DNA of 64,000 nt from a virus (Duplodnaviria; Caudoviricetes), in IMG/VR virus record IMGVR_UViG_3300005077_000001, positions 96,001 to 160,000 of that record; one strand, given 5' to 3'. Every line of letters starts with the position of its first letter. Positions within the stretch are counted from its first letter, which is position 1. The notes beneath the pieces were generated by a model. The model was not told where the DNA came from and did not search any database. It worked only from the letters and a program-made list of their open reading frames with translations. A program made the translations under genes and the position numbers. Positions 62,770 through 64,000 of this stretch are shown piece after piece.

Positions 62770-64000
62770 ATGGCATATACTTACGTATTCCAGGTGGAAT
62801 CATCTGGCACTTTAAATCCGGGTGGTTCCACTATTTCAGGAAGTACAAATATTGCATATTCAAATGCATTCTATACTTATTGCCCTCAAGGAGGAGTAAC
62901 TCTTTTTAGTTATCCAGAAGATGGAACAACCTTTTCTGGGATTAACTCATGCTATGATTATCCTATAAATGGCACAAATGCTATTACACAAAACCCTGAA
63001 TGTACCTATGAGGCAATAGGGTTATATGATTATAAAGTCTCAATCCCAATTTCCTATATCAATGTAACTCCTGCTTATCTTTTTACCCTACCCGTTAATT
63101 CTAAAATCATATCAATAGAATCTGAAATGATAACTTCCTTTAGTGGAGGATATCGACAAGATTTAACTTTATATTCTGGATTTCAAAATGAAGCGGCTGG
63201 GGTTACATACATCTCGGGGGATAAACTATTAAATGGGGAGTATATTACGCATGTTGGGTGTAATATTTATGACCCACATTATAATGATCCAACGACTTTC
63301 AATTTAACAATAAAAATTTGTGAACAGACTAGTGCTTCTGGCTTTAATCTGACAGATATTTTATCAGCAACTCACAGTGGTACTGGGCAAGAGTGGTTTA
63401 AATTAACTACTCCAATAAAAATACCTGAGTCAGGAGATTATTCTTTGGGGGTTTATTCCTCAAGTGTACTTTATGGGTTTAGTTGCCCAATGGAGAATAG
63501 ACATTCCTATTCAAAGGTAGGAGATTGTAGTGGTACTTGTGATGATTTCTTATATGAATCAAGCTACTACCACTCATGTACAGCTTATTACACTCCTTCA
63601 TACTCTATAGGGACTCTATCTGATTCTGACTTATTTTTGCATAAATTGAATATTGTAGAAAACACAGATCAGTATTGCACATCGGGGTATGTTGAATCCA
63701 ACACTGGAGTTTATTTAAACAGTACTTGCTTTCATCCTGATACTGTTGGGAGTGGAATTTTAACTTTTAATTGCCGTCAGTACGTGCCTATAACACTATC
63801 TGGTAGTAATGTAGTTTATCCTGGTAATTTTCAAATAACTTCTGATTCTCCTTCCAATACACTATCAGGAAACGTAGTATACTACTTATATTCAAAATCT
63901 CTGGAATCCAGTATAGTAGAACAAGTGTCCGAATATGTGGATAATTTGTATTCTATTTCTTATAATTATGATTGTGGTATAAGCGGTTCTTTTCCTATCC
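62770..64000 (+). CDS. Partial Ser/Thr/Gly-rich structural protein running off the window end (not in ORF track)
   Basis: ATG at 62770 (MAYTYVFQVESSG...); my hand translation is open to position 64000. Confidence 0.75.
   Translation, partial: MAYTYVFQVESSGTLNPGGSTISGSTNIAYSNAFYTYCPQGGVTLFSYPEDGTTFSGINSCYDYPINGTNAITQNPECTYEAIGLYDYKVSIPISYINVTPAYLFTLPVNSKIISIESEMITSFSGGYRQDLTLYSGFQNEAAGVTYISGDKLLNGEYITHVGCNIYDPHYNDPTTFNLTIKICEQTSASGFNLTDILSATHSGTGQEWFKLTTPIKIPESGDYSLGVYSSSVLYGFSCPMENRHSYSKVGDCSGTCDDFLYESSYYHSCTAYYTPSYSIGTLSDSDLFLHKLNIVENTDQYCTSGYVESNTGVYLNSTCFHPDTVGSGILTFNCRQYVPITLSGSNVVYPGNFQITSDSPSNTLSGNVVYYLYSKSLESSIVEQVSEYVDNLYSISYNYDCGISGSFPI

Noticed and set aside
2276-62803. Short minus-strand and alternate-frame ORFs (60-173 aa) in the ORF track
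   Set aside because: All overlap long + strand genes, lack motifs and read like antisense shadows
1-64000. CRISPR arrays, tRNA or rRNA genes, tail sheath, tnpA transposase
   Set aside because: None recognised; non-coding gaps are too short apart from the omegaRNA region

Overview
AT-rich window with every substantial gene on the + strand. It is the tail-morphogenesis region of a large tailed virus: neck/terminator genes, a major tail tube gene followed by an intrinsic terminator, two putative tail chaperones, a tape measure gene, tail-tip genes and Ig-domain structural genes. No sheath gene is recognisable, so it is probably a long-tailed siphovirus; the host cannot be determined. The main result is one uninterrupted 12,315-aa ORF (6050-42997). 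In it a TP901-type tape measure core (~22850-23700) is flanked by enzyme domains recognised by eye from catalytic motifs: a single-chain two-barrel RNA polymerase (NLDFDGD, HRQP, beta-like GYED and KLSTGQVLKG), an Rnl2-like ATP-dependent ligase (KxHG, FGE, WFD, EGVVxK, KxK), a LigD 3'-phosphoesterase, RNase HI, a protein-kinase-like domain, a CCA/poly(A)-type nucleotidyltransferase motif and six zincin-like domains. Several of these cargo domains are bracketed by a recurring GG/GS-SSL linker. I infer a virion-injected protein that both transcribes and repairs nucleic-acid ends, possibly as anti-defence. Other features: an internally duplicated tail tube protein, an IscB with omegaRNA inserted immediately after a stop codon, two Myb-repeat LAGLIDADG endonucleases and a Ser-Gly motif enriched in distal virion proteins. 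All domain calls are motif recognition without database searches.
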